Of a stretch of DNA of 49,349 nt, positions 1 to 9,700 are shown one piece after another. Position 1 is the first letter of the stretch; every line of letters starts with the position of its first letter. The notes beneath the pieces are model-generated. The model was not told the origin of the DNA, made no database searches, and saw only the letters and a list, made by a program, of their open reading frames with translations. The DNA lies in IMG/VR virus record IMGVR_UViG_3300032290_001111, positions 1 through 49,349 of that record; one strand, 5' to 3'. This DNA is from a virus (lineage: Duplodnaviria; Caudoviricetes). Position numbers and translations under genes: made by a program.

Positions 1-134
1 CCGATCTTGAGGTTGTCGATGCTGACTGCCTGATACGTCCCGATGTTGCCGTTCTTAGCCAATTCGAATGTCGCACCGCACGATGTCTGCATCGCGGCGT
101 TCCCTTCGTTCATTCCATCGTCAAACTCGGACAT
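1..134 (-). CDS. N-terminal part of the gene after the capsid gene (probable head-completion protein), runs off window edge
   Basis: ATG at 134, open frame MSEFDDGMNEGNAAMQTSCGATFEL... to the edge; preceded by GTTGACG-N14; function from position only. Confidence 0.5.
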   Translation of the reverse strand, partial: MSEFDDGMNEGNAAMQTSCGATFELAKNGNIGTYQAVSIDNLKI

Positions 135-148
135 GCAGTGTATCCACA

Positions 149-155
149 CGTCAAC
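149..155 (-). promoter_or_regulatory. GTTGACG late-gene motif (14 nt before ATG 134)
   Basis: One of 7 positional copies upstream of late genes. Confidence 0.55.
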
Positions 156-166
156 CCGTACAAGCA

Positions 167-199
167 GAAGGGCCACTCGGTTTCCCAAGTGACCCTTCT
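167..199 (-). terminator. Hairpin downstream of the major capsid gene, probable intrinsic terminator
   Basis: Minus strand AGAAGGGTCACT-tgggaaaccg-AGTGGCCCTTCT stem-loop; weak U-tract. Confidence 0.55.
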
Positions 200-226
200 T
201 TCCCCCCAGAATTTCTTACCCTCGGA

Positions 227-1225
227 TTAGGATGCCGAGTAGTTGGTCGTGATGAGCTCCATCGCTTTGCTGTTCACAACCTTGATGACGCGGTTGCTGC
301 GGACGCGGAGCACCGTGCTGCGGCGCTTCTCGTCACGGTAGCTTTCGCTGGTGAACAGACCGCCCGGGCTATCTGCGTCCCAGACAATCGTGCGACCGAC
401 GCCGCCGTTCATGAAGTCTCCGTCTGCGAACCGCCCGATGGCGATGTAGTCGTTGCCCCAGACCGGCGACAGGCTCGATGTGAGCCCCTTGGCCGCGAAG
501 TCCACCGACTTCTTGCCGATGACGAGGCGGGACAGGCCGAACGCTTGCGCGAACATTTGCTCGGTGATCATCGACCCGCCCTGGCTCACGTTGAGGAAGC
601 CATAGACGTAGGTCTGCATCTTCGTCGAGCGCCGGATCTGATTCCAGAGCGTCAGTGACATCACAACCGTGTCCGGCGGCTCGCCCTTGAGAGTGAGGCG
701 CTCGATGGCGGCGTTGATGTCGTAAGGGCAGTCGATCGTCGCGATGAGCGTCTCGGTGTAGTTCACCTTCGGAGCCGTCGCGGTGAACGTGCTGGCGTTC
801 ATGATGGCCGCGGCGCACTCCATCTCGTAGTCGAGCATCAGCGCGTTGCCGAGCGTCTTTGCCGTGACCACTTCCGCATCGAAGAAGGATGCCATGCGGC
901 TTGCCACGACGTCATCGACGCGCTCTTCGAGACCGTATTCCTCGGTCTGGAAGTTGTCCCATGTGAACTTGCGGTCGATCTCGTTGTAGGTGCCGGTCTG
1001 GCCACGCTTCGTTGAGCTGTTGAAGGTTGCCGCAGCGCTCGGGTTGCGTCCTGCACGAAGCAGCTCGCTATCCTGCACGGTGAACTTGGGATAACGACCG
1101 ACTTCGGTTAGGCTGGTGTATGTCGGCAGAAGGATGTTGCCGATATACAGCCCCTCCTGGCCGACTGCCTCCATGAGAACGGTCGAGATGTCCGACCTTG
1201 GGATTGAATCAACTGTATTGAACAT
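227..1225 (-). CDS. Major capsid protein (lambda gpE-like, HK97 fold)
   Basis: 332 aa; follows protease/scaffold and decoration genes; TEEYGLEERVDD and ESYRDEKRRSTVLRVR segments typical of gpE-like capsid proteins. Confidence 0.85.
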   Translation of the reverse strand: MFNTVDSIPRSDISTVLMEAVGQEGLYIGNILLPTYTSLTEVGRYPKFTVQDSELLRAGRNPSAAATFNSSTKRGQTGTYNEIDRKFTWDNFQTEEYGLEERVDDVVASRMASFFDAEVVTAKTLGNALMLDYEMECAAAIMNASTFTATAPKVNYTETLIATIDCPYDINAAIERLTLKGEPPDTVVMSLTLWNQIRRSTKMQTYVYGFLNVSQGGSMITEQMFAQAFGLSRLVIGKKSVDFAAKGLTSSLSPVWGNDYIAIGRFADGDFMNGGVGRTIVWDADSPGGLFTSESYRDEKRRSTVLRVRSNRVIKVVNSKAMELITTNYSAS

Positions 1226-1258
1226 AGATTATTGGTGTTTTGTTGGTTTCGATCCGGG

Positions 1259-1984
1259 TTAGATTGCCGCCTTGTTGATGACGTAGTTGATAAGGAGCGT
1301 TCCGGTCTCCGCGGTGGAGGCGTGAAGGTTGGTGATGGTGATCTGGAACGATCCCGCCGCCACTGCGGTAACGGTAGCGATCGGAGTTCCGCCGGTTCCG
1401 CCGGATGCGATTGCGACAACAGGCACGTCACGTGCGCCGACCCGCGTGTTCGTCACAGTGAACGAAACCTCACCGGCCGCCGCGATGTTCTGCGTAACCG
1501 TTGTGATGACGCCGGAGAGGCCGCTTGCCGTAACGCCAGTGGTTGCGCTGGTGATCTGAGTGACATCCACACCAGTCCCGAGCGATGCGTTGTTGGCTCC
1601 TGCAAACAGGATCGCCCGAAACACGCCGCCATCGGAGCTGGCTGGCACTGAATCCACGGCGACGCCGATCACGGTGCCAGCCACGCGCTTTACGACGCGT
1701 CCATCCGTGGCATCCTGCTCCAGCTCGTCGCCCATTGTGATTGCGGTCGCGTTGCCGCACTTGACGAAGTGGAGACCGTTCCCAGCAGACAGGAAGACGT
1801 CGCAGGCCATTCCAACCGCCGATCCGGATTCCTTCTTGGCGTTACCGCGGAGAAGGGTTCCGATTGGACGGTCCGTGATGGACGCACAGAGATCGACGCC
1901 GGTGCTGGTCAGTTTGACGAGCTCGTGCTCGTAGGCCGACAGGTCTGCTGCCACTGGCAGCGAAATTACGTTTGATGTGTTCAT
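1259..1984 (-). CDS. Capsid decoration/cement protein with extra C-terminal Thr/Val-rich beta domain
   Basis: Between scaffold and MCP; N-half resembles DUF2190-like cement proteins (AITMGDELEQDATDGRVV..VIGVA); C-half VTQITSATTGVT... Confidence 0.7.
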   Translation of the reverse strand: MNTSNVISLPVAADLSAYEHELVKLTSTGVDLCASITDRPIGTLLRGNAKKESGSAVGMACDVFLSAGNGLHFVKCGNATAITMGDELEQDATDGRVVKRVAGTVIGVAVDSVPASSDGGVFRAILFAGANNASLGTGVDVTQITSATTGVTASGLSGVITTVTQNIAAAGEVSFTVTNTRVGARDVPVVAIASGGTGGTPIATVTAVAAGSFQITITNLHASTAETGTLLINYVINKAAI

Positions 1985-2022
1985 TGATTAAAGAATCGTG
2001 GTTGGTTTCCGAATTGACTGGA

Positions 2023-2838
2023 TTACGACTGCATCCGGATCACCCGGCGGCCTTGCGACTGGAGCCAGTCCGCGTGCAGTGCAGCGCCGCCCGGTTCCTT
2101 CATTGCGAAGTGGATTGCCTGAGCCTCCGAGCATTTGTTCTTGTCCCGGATCTCCTTGACGAGCTGCTGAAACTCGTGAAGCTCGCCGTTATGGTTGGCC
2201 GCGAAGAGCCGCACGCCGTTCTCGACACCGGCTGCAATCGGACGGGTTCCGGTCTGGAGAGCGATCGTTAAGGCTTCGTTCTCGCTCACGAGGCGCTCGG
2301 CCAGCTCGATTGCCTGGTCGCGCTGTTCGGCAAGTGTGCCGATCTTGGACTGCACTTCGCTGAACTGAATATCCTCGGCCACCTTCTGCTCCTTTGCGCG
2401 CTGCGAATTGATCATCGAGCGAAGCTGGATCACCTCATTACGAAGGGCGCTGAATGCTGCTCCGGCTGCCGCACCGGCACCAGCAGCAGCTTCGCCGCCA
2501 CCGGACTCACCGTATGAGCCAGCATACTGGCCGTCGCCTTCCTCACCAGCCTGTGCTTCACCTTCCTCGCCTTCGCCGTCGAACTGCGAGTTGAACTGGT
2601 CGATCGCTGCATTGACGTCTTCGCGGCTGAGGCCGAGTTGAGCGAGCTGCTCGTCGCTTGCTTCGTTGAGCGCGGAGAGTTCCTCGGGAGTGAGCCCCTG
2701 GTCGTCCTGCCCATTCTCGTGCAGCGCGGAGATTGCCTGCTCATGAGCGTCGAGACGCTGATTGAGTCCGTTGATTGCGTTCAGAACATCTGCGATGCTC
2801 GGTTCGCCCTGTTGGTTGTTGTTGTTGTTTCCAGCCAT
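2023..2838 (-). CDS. Nested in-frame scaffolding protein (internal start, Nu3-like arrangement)
   Basis: In-frame ATG (MAGNNNNNQQGEP) just after the protease domain, preceded by GTTGACA-N14 like other late genes. Confidence 0.65.
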   Translation of the reverse strand: MAGNNNNNQQGEPSIADVLNAINGLNQRLDAHEQAISALHENGQDDQGLTPEELSALNEASDEQLAQLGLSREDVNAAIDQFNSQFDGEGEEGEAQAGEEGDGQYAGSYGESGGGEAAAGAGAAAGAAFSALRNEVIQLRSMINSQRAKEQKVAEDIQFSEVQSKIGTLAEQRDQAIELAERLVSENEALTIALQTGTRPIAAGVENGVRLFAANHNGELHEFQQLVKEIRDKNKCSEAQAIHFAMKEPGGAALHADWLQSQGRRVIRMQS

Positions 2839-3363
2839 GTCGTGTGAACCAGTGTCAACTGAAAACTCGTCCCTCGCTCCGAAAAGCCCATCAGCATTGG
2901 CCGCAGGGCGTGTAACACAGTCCACGGAGAGCAGCTTCTCCGCGCGTGCTGCTTTCTTTCCTGGAGACACTTCAACCCCCTGTCCCTTGAATGCCACCGA
3001 GAGCCCGAAGCAGTCCGGCATCGTGGCCGCGCGCTCCAGCATCAGCGGTGTTTCGCTGTGGTTCTTGAGGAGGTGCCAGTCTCCGCGCAGCTTGTCTCCG
3101 TCCATGCGGAAGTTGGTGACGTAGCCGTTCATCTTTTCGATGCCGGTTCCGTGGTCGAGGTTGACCGGGACCTTGCCGCGGCCCTTTGCGAGCTGGAATA
3201 ACTTGCCGACCGTCTCGTCGTCCACCTGGAGATTGTGACCCTCCGCTTCGCAGCCGCACGTGATCAGGCTCACGCCTTTGATCACGCAGTCAGTTGTGTC
3301 GATTACTCCGGTCTGTCCATTGAACAGACCTTTTGAATGAAGAAGGATGGTTTCTAGTGCCAT
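2023..3363 (-). CDS. Prohead maturation protease fused to scaffold
   Basis: N-domain motifs VNLDHG, LRGDWHLL, FGLSVAF, SVDCVTRPAAN (HK97/herpes-type protease fold); acidic and coiled-coil C-terminal region; ATG 3363 preferred over TTG 3384. Confidence 0.8.
   Translation of the reverse strand: MALETILLHSKGLFNGQTGVIDTTDCVIKGVSLITCGCEAEGHNLQVDDETVGKLFQLAKGRGKVPVNLDHGTGIEKMNGYVTNFRMDGDKLRGDWHLLKNHSETPLMLERAATMPDCFGLSVAFKGQGVEVSPGKKAARAEKLLSVDCVTRPAANADGLFGARDEFSVDTGSHDMAGNNNNNQQGEPSIADVLNAINGLNQRLDAHEQAISALHENGQDDQGLTPEELSALNEASDEQLAQLGLSREDVNAAIDQFNSQFDGEGEEGEAQAGEEGDGQYAGSYGESGGGEAAAGAGAAAGAAFSALRNEVIQLRSMINSQRAKEQKVAEDIQFSEVQSKIGTLAEQRDQAIELAERLVSENEALTIALQTGTRPIAAGVENGVRLFAANHNGELHEFQQLVKEIRDKNKCSEAQAIHFAMKEPGGAALHADWLQSQGRRVIRMQS
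2853..2859 (-). promoter_or_regulatory. GTTGACA late-gene motif (14 nt before scaffold ATG)
   Basis: AGTTGACACTGGTTCACAC, nearly identical to the copy at 6793. Confidence 0.6.
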
Positions 3364-3378
3364 ACCTTGTTCATCGGA

Positions 3379-3385
3379 TGTCAAC
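3379..3385 (-). promoter_or_regulatory. GTTGACA late-gene motif (15 nt before protease ATG)
   Basis: Intergenic positional copy. Confidence 0.6.
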
Positions 3386-3386
3386 G

Positions 3387-6275
3387 CTACTGCGGTGTGC
3401 TGAGGCTGATAATCGAACCCAGCGACTCGCGGGCGCTCAGTTCAGATGTCGAGGCAAGCTGCCCGCGCCTGTGGCGATCCGCCATAGCCTGCTCCCAAGC
3501 TGCCCATCTGGCTTTGTGGTCCCTGTCCTTGAACTTCCGCCCGAACCACCCGACCTTTGGCGTCTCTGGCTTATACACGCGCGTCGTAGTGGACTGACTT
3601 CCACCGCGCTCGGATATTGCCCATTCGGGCCGCGCGCTATCGTCCGCTCCGGGAAGAAGGTAGTCGGGCATGTCTTCGACTGACGGCTTGCGCCCAAAGG
3701 CGATTGTATTCAACTCCTCCCTCGCCGAACAGTCCCACGCCCGCAGCGATTTATTGATCCGGCTATCCGGGTCGTTCGCTGTCTTCGACGATGTGAGCTT
3801 CTTCTTCATACCGCTCATCCGCGCGCAGAATGACGCCCTGCGTGAGTTTCCGACCTTCTTGGATGGAGCCTTCAGGTCGCTGCCTGGGTTCTCGCGCTCG
3901 TAGGACTTCCGGCCCTTCTCGTTGAGGCCACCGCTGCGGCTCTTGCCTTCCTTACGGGTCCATGCGGAGCCGAGCTGGATCATGTCGAGCTGGTCGCGAG
4001 CGGACATCTGGTGCTGCTCATCCTCTTCTGCCTGCTGCTTCTTGGATAGCGGCTTGCCTTTCGGTTTCTTCTTCTGGCTCCAGTGGCGCTTGTAGTCTCC
4101 GCCCTTTCTTGCAAAGAGAACCAAGTCCAACTCCTCCCGAGCCGACAACTGCCGCTGCCCGCCCGATGGCGTCATGGCGTATCCGACACCTACGCCAGCC
4201 GCTCCGGCCACCGCAGCGCCACGCCAGCCACGCAGGCGATACTTGAGGCTCGGACCTGACATTGCTGTTGGTTGTTTAATCTGACCCTGTGCCGGGGCTT
4301 GTGCGTCCGCTGGCGGGGCTGCTGGAACGGCACCCTGCGAGGCGTAGTTGCCCGGAGCGCGCTGCTGCGGGGCTGCTGCCTGCGGGAGTGGAGCGAGCTG
4401 CCCTTCGGGCTTTTGAAACTGTCCAGCGTTGGGAGCGATTGGCCGCTCCATGACGGGCTTCTGCGGCAGAGCGCCACGGGTCGTCTTGCGAGCTTCGTTC
4501 AACTGTCCCGCGAGATAACTGCGAGTCTTCTGCATCCCGCCGTTGAGTCCGGCCAGATCGGAGCGGCCAGCGCCCGTGACTGCTTGATTGAATGTTCCTT
4601 GGAGCTTGCGACCAGCGGCTTCGATGGCTTCGAGCTCTGCGCGTGGCGCATTCACGCCCTGCCTGCCGAGGGTCTTCATGAGAAAATCTCCGCGCGCGAA
4701 GAGAATCGTGTCGAGGGAATCACGGGCGGAGAATCCATCCGGCTGAAACTTGGCGGCGTAGCCGGGCGTGTTATCTCTTGCCCATCTCTCTGCACGCACA
4801 AGCCCTCTGGCAGCCTTCGCCTCCTTCGTGAGAAGCAGTCTGTCGGCCATACTGAGGACGCCCTTTCTTCCGGTCGCCGTGTCTATCAGTCCCGGTGGAG
4901 CCTTGAATGCTTCAGGCATGTTCTTGAACAGCTTATCGAGATACTTGCCGCTCCTGCGTCCAATGAGAGCCCCAAACCGGATTTCATCGAGCGACTCACG
5001 AGCCGACAACTGAACCGGGCGACGCTTGATTTCGTTGATGATATTGCGCTCCGACTTGTTCGAGTCGCGCTTGCTGATTCCGTATTGGATCGCCGGAGGA
5101 ACAACGCTCCAACCGAGCAGCTTCCGGTTAAATCCCGCTGCTTGTTCCTGCGCCATCTTGGTGGCTTTCGCGCGCAGCTTATTTGCGTCAACACCAGAAA
5201 TCTTCGCCAATGGATGAACTGACGCAGACTCTATCGCGGCGTCTGCCCACGATGGGATCGTGGCGCTCTCTCCATGCCAAAACCCCCTGTATGCTTTTTT
5301 GGCCTTGTCGGTGATTCCGAGCTCGATGATCCCGCCCAGCGCGTCCCGCGCGGACATCCGAATCTTCCGCCCCTTCAGCTTCCGCCCGATCTTCGACAGC
5401 ACGCCCTCCTCCTGCTGCACCGCCTGTGCGCCCTGCTTATACACGGCCCCGATGGCCTCTGGATCGATCCCGGAGCCGTCTGCGCCGGAGAACATGCCGA
5501 GTGAGTTGCGGGGGCGTGGGTCGGCGAAGGTGATGATGGGGCCAAGGGACTCGCGAGCTGAGAATTGCTTCTTCTTATCGATTCTTGCGCCGACATTGCC
5601 CCCGATAGCACGGCCCATCAATCCGCCCCCGATCGCGCCAGCCATAGCCACGCCCATATTTCCAGACGCGCGGCCAGCCAGAAGGCCTCCGACAGCCCCG
5701 GCCGCGCCGCCAGTCATTCGGCCCGTCTTGACGTGAGTGCTGTTCTCCAGTCCGAGATTAGCGACCTTTGCTTGACGGTCCGAAACAAGCCCAACTCGCG
5801 CCAGCTTAGAGAGCCGGTCCTCCGTGGCGGAGTGAGCGAGCAGCTTGCCGAAGTCCTCGCGATCTCCCCCTCTGTATCGATCGATAATCCGATCCCGATC
5901 CTCAACGATTGCGTCTTCCAGAAGTTGCCTGCGATTTTCCAGTTGCGATACACGAGCCATCCGCCCTTTATATTCGTCGTAGCCAGTGCCGAATTGAATG
6001 ATCCCTTCAAGAATCTGCCGTGGTTGATGTGCTTTCATGATGGATTGGAATTCGCTGTTTCTGGATCGGTTTGCTTTCTTCGATGTCACACGGAGGTTGC
6101 TGGGCGCGTTGTTGGCCGGGTTGCGATCGATGTGATCAATGTCGCGATTATCCCCCTTACTCACTCTGCCCTCCTTAACGAGCAAACGGCGTGCAGCATT
6201 TCGCTTTGCACGCCGTTTGACTTGAGAAGGCTTGGAGTGGTAGTCGCGGTACTCTTTGGCGTAGTCGCGAGCCAT
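3387..6275 (-). CDS. 962-aa modular polyprotein-like head protein (HNH module, DUF6321-like module, glycine-zipper modules, 8 SAR linkers)
   Basis: N-terminal HNH (DIDHIDRNPANNAPSNLRV..NR); 8 copies of xSAR(E/D)xL..[IV]xF/L; module SAWTRKEGK..GGLNEKGR..RRASFCARM..SLRAWDC. Confidence 0.75.
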   Translation of the reverse strand: MARDYAKEYRDYHSKPSQVKRRAKRNAARRLLVKEGRVSKGDNRDIDHIDRNPANNAPSNLRVTSKKANRSRNSEFQSIMKAHQPRQILEGIIQFGTGYDEYKGRMARVSQLENRRQLLEDAIVEDRDRIIDRYRGGDREDFGKLLAHSATEDRLSKLARVGLVSDRQAKVANLGLENSTHVKTGRMTGGAAGAVGGLLAGRASGNMGVAMAGAIGGGLMGRAIGGNVGARIDKKKQFSARESLGPIITFADPRPRNSLGMFSGADGSGIDPEAIGAVYKQGAQAVQQEEGVLSKIGRKLKGRKIRMSARDALGGIIELGITDKAKKAYRGFWHGESATIPSWADAAIESASVHPLAKISGVDANKLRAKATKMAQEQAAGFNRKLLGWSVVPPAIQYGISKRDSNKSERNIINEIKRRPVQLSARESLDEIRFGALIGRRSGKYLDKLFKNMPEAFKAPPGLIDTATGRKGVLSMADRLLLTKEAKAARGLVRAERWARDNTPGYAAKFQPDGFSARDSLDTILFARGDFLMKTLGRQGVNAPRAELEAIEAAGRKLQGTFNQAVTGAGRSDLAGLNGGMQKTRSYLAGQLNEARKTTRGALPQKPVMERPIAPNAGQFQKPEGQLAPLPQAAAPQQRAPGNYASQGAVPAAPPADAQAPAQGQIKQPTAMSGPSLKYRLRGWRGAAVAGAAGVGVGYAMTPSGGQRQLSAREELDLVLFARKGGDYKRHWSQKKKPKGKPLSKKQQAEEDEQHQMSARDQLDMIQLGSAWTRKEGKSRSGGLNEKGRKSYERENPGSDLKAPSKKVGNSRRASFCARMSGMKKKLTSSKTANDPDSRINKSLRAWDCSAREELNTIAFGRKPSVEDMPDYLLPGADDSARPEWAISERGGSQSTTTRVYKPETPKVGWFGRKFKDRDHKARWAAWEQAMADRHRRGQLASTSELSARESLGSIISLSTPQ

Positions 6276-6281
6276 GGCTGA

Positions 6282-6737
6282 TTACTTTCCGCGCAACCGT
6301 GCGATCAGCTTTGCGACCGCGCCGCCTGCCGCTGCAACACGACCCCTGCCAAGACGCTGACCGACCTTTGCTCCGCTCCCCCACTCTCCGAGTCTCGCTT
6401 CACGGTAGTCGCCTGCGACTTTTCCAGCCTGCGACTTGAGGCTTTCATAATCACCAGGAAGGGCGCGATAACCGGCTTTGATCTTGTCTCCGACGCTACG
6501 GACCCGATTCATCGCTCCGGGTCCGCGCTCTGAGCCACCCCAGTCATTCCACACCTTTGATCCCCTGGCGTACAGAGCGCCGGTGCCAGCTACGCCTGTC
6601 ACGCCTGCTCCAATCGCGAGATTGCGCCCCATGTTGGATTCATCCTCGTCCCCGTAGCGAGAAAAGTTGATTTCCAGCGCCCTGTCGGCAATAGCGTTGA
6701 GTTGAACGAGGCGGTTGAGACGATGTTGATTGCTCAT
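6282..6737 (-). CDS. Basic glycine-rich protein, putative head-internal protein
   Basis: N-terminus RLVQLNAIA..EINF resembles that of the 1401-aa neighbour; hydrophobic LAIGAGVTGVAGTGALYA. Confidence 0.65.
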   Translation of the reverse strand: MSNQHRLNRLVQLNAIADRALEINFSRYGDEDESNMGRNLAIGAGVTGVAGTGALYARGSKVWNDWGGSERGPGAMNRVRSVGDKIKAGYRALPGDYESLKSQAGKVAGDYREARLGEWGSGAKVGQRLGRGRVAAAGGAVAKLIARLRGK

Positions 6738-6792
6738 GGTGATGTGAAACGTGGTTTGTTGAATGTTGATTCGATTACGCTGTGTGAACTGG

Positions 6793-6799
6793 TGTCAAC
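6793..6799 (-). promoter_or_regulatory. GTTGACA late-gene motif upstream of 151-aa gene
   Basis: AGTTGACACCAGTTCACAC directly after upstream stop codon. Confidence 0.6.
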
Positions 6800-9700
6800 T
6801 TACAGGACATCGTCCAGCATCGACGAGAGGGCGATGAGGTCTTTCGTGATGGAGCTAGCCTGATGGACCTTGCTCTTACGAAGGCTGCCAGCGAGAACGT
6901 CTCCGTGATCGACTGCTCCGGTGGACGGCATAGCGCCCGGACCGCCGCCAGTGCGCTTACCGGAAACCTTGCCTCCTTTATGAAGAATCGCCATCGTACC
7001 GAGTCCAGCCAGGAATGCGCCGACGTTCTTCGCTGGGTCTATCACGCCCTCCCGCCAGCGCTTTGTTTGTAGCGTCGGGACCTCTTCGCGATTGCGGCGG
7101 CGGATCTTGCGGACTAGGAGCATGTCCCCGTCCCTGCGCGTGTCATAGTCTGATTCGTTCGAAATGAAGCGGATTACTCCACGCTGATTGGCTGGGTTGC
7201 TGAACTTACCCTCGATGATCTTGCCGTATTTCTTGACCGCATCCTGCTGGTCTTTCGCAGCCTTGGCTGCCTCGATTGCGGTAGCCGCCTCGTCTCCAGC
7301 GGAACCACGAGCTGCGGCTTTCTTAACCTCCCTGCGAGCTGCTGCGTTTCGCCTGACCCATGCCAGGCCACGCCCAGCAATGCCCGATTGATTCACGGCA
7401 GACGCCGCCTCGTTCACGGCGTCATCGGTATATCCCGTGATGGCATTGTAAGCCTTTGCCAGTCGCGGCATTTTGTGCGTCATGGCGTCGCGAAGTTCCC
7501 CACTTTGAACTGCGTTCCTCCAGCCTGAAATCACCGTCCCATCCGCAGTCCCCTTCACGATCCGGCGACCGGCGACTGCGCCCGTGGCTAGGATGCCGCC
7601 GAGAATCATATTGCGAACCCATGGCTTGTCCCACTCCCGCTGGCGCTCACGGCCGCGGCTATCGACATTCTTCTCACCCTTGACGGCACGGACCACATCC
7701 TTCGCGAGACGGGTTCCGCGCTTTCCATAAACGGTCGCCTTGTTCGCGAAGATCCTACCCTTACGCCATTCCTTGTCGCCGCCCGATGCGAGCCATTCTT
7801 TGTCTGTGATTTCATCGTCCTCGCGGAACCGGATAGTCTTCGTTTTTGAGTTCATGAGTAGATTCGCTGCGACCAGCCCGCCTCCGACGAGGCCGGTGAT
7901 CTTCGCCGCCTTGCCTGCATTCCTGGCTCCGACATTGAAACGGCTGGCGATTCCGCGGGCTCGCTTGATTCCCTTGCGGGCGATCAGCGCCCCGGTCCCG
8001 AGTGCCGCCGCTTTCCACGGGATACCCTCGGCGCGCTTCCCTTCGCGAGTGCGCTCGCCGTACATGTCCTTCCCGGCTTCCGTGCGGGTTCGAATCAACG
8101 GCACCAGCATGGCACCGGCACCGGCACCAGCGGCGGCCCCGCGGCGGCCCTTGAGAACGCCACCGAGGGCTGCTCCGGAGAGTGCCGTTCGCAGGATATT
8201 CGCATCGCGGCGGTCGAGGTCTTCGTCCTGAATCCGCTTCCGGTAGCGGTCGATTGCGAGCTTACCGCTGAGAGGGGCTTCAGCGAACTGGACCGGCTGG
8301 AGTTTGGATGACATGCGGGTTGGCTTCTTCAGGTTGCGAATCGTGTCGGCCTGCTGGCCCTCGTCCGCCATCTGGACACCGCCCACCAGCGCACCGACGG
8401 TTCCGCCGATAACGGCACGTCGCAGAGCGCCACCCTTGCCGATTGCGGCGATAGGCAGCCATGCACGGTGGCGGCGAACAAAGTTCCCGGCCTTCCTGAC
8501 GACCTTGGATTTCGTGTCCTTGTTCAACATCCCGGCAAGAGCGCCTACGGTAGCGCCGCCGAGCCCGCCTACGATAACACCCCCGAGAGCACCGCTCTTC
8601 GTTGCAGATGCCTTGTCGCTTTCTTTCGGCTTCCCGAGAATCTTCGATCCGATCACACTCGCCGCGAGACCAGCTCCGCCGAGGAGAGCACCGCCCTTAA
8701 AGGCAGCCTTGCCGATCCGGTTGAACTGCTTGCGGAGCGGAGCCGGAGCTGCCTCCACGACCTTCTTCGCGGACACGCCAGCCACGCCACGGAGCGCCTT
8801 GCCGTCGCGAGGACGATGAAGTGCCGACACGATACCGCCACCAGCGGCCCCGGTGATCGCAGAACTGATCGCCATACGCTTTGCGTCGTCGTAGTCACCG
8901 CGCTCGAATCGGAGCTGCTTTTGCTTCGCCTTATTCTGATCCGCCTCACGCATCGCACTACTTCCGAGAGCGGCACCACCAACGAGGCCGACTCCTGCTC
9001 CGATGGCGACGTGCTTGTAACGACGACCCTCTTCCTCGAACATCGCCTTCTTGTGCTGCTCTCCGAGAGTTTGCTGCACGCCGGAGACTTCTTTCTGAAC
9101 GCGGTCCTTATACGTGCGCTGCATCTCAGCCATTCCACGCTGCGACTTCACGAATGAGTCGCGAAGTTCGTCCACTCCTGCGAGCTTGTCGGAATACTCT
9201 TTCCGCGTTTGATTCAGTGTTGTTTGCAAATCCTTGTTTTGCCTCTCAAGCGACCGATTCATCCGATGCGTCATCACCATCCGATCTTGAATCTCCTCAC
9301 TCACCCCTTTGACCTTATGCTGATTTAGCGCGTCAATGACTTTACGGATGTTCGATTCGATTGGGCTCCTCGGCTCCTTATTTATTGGCTCCCCTCCCTC
9401 CGTGGTATTGCGGGTGTCGTTCTTAACCCGGCCAGCAGCTTGCTTCTGGGCTTTTTTGCGCTCCTTGGTGGACGTATATCCGGTCGGCCTGAGCGCCCGT
9501 GCGGCCTCGTTGGCCTTAATCTGAGCATCCCGGTTGCGAATAGCGGCATCAGCAGCCCTGGTGGCGTCCTGAACGGCGCGCTCCCTATTTAGCTTCTGCG
9601 CGAACGGGGTTTTGCGATAGAAATTGCGAAGATTCGCGGCAGCACTGCCGACAACGAGGCGTTGAATATGTATAGGGGTCTCCCTCTTGCCCTTGCCCTT

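Noticed and set aside
5186-5192. Additional GTTGACG inside a coding region
   Set aside because: Explained by Val-Asp codons and no start codon at the expected distance; treated as background
3402-5564. SAR linker repeats as a CRISPR array or DNA repeat
   Set aside because: Conserved only at amino-acid level, irregular spacing of about 100-550 nt, inside an open frame
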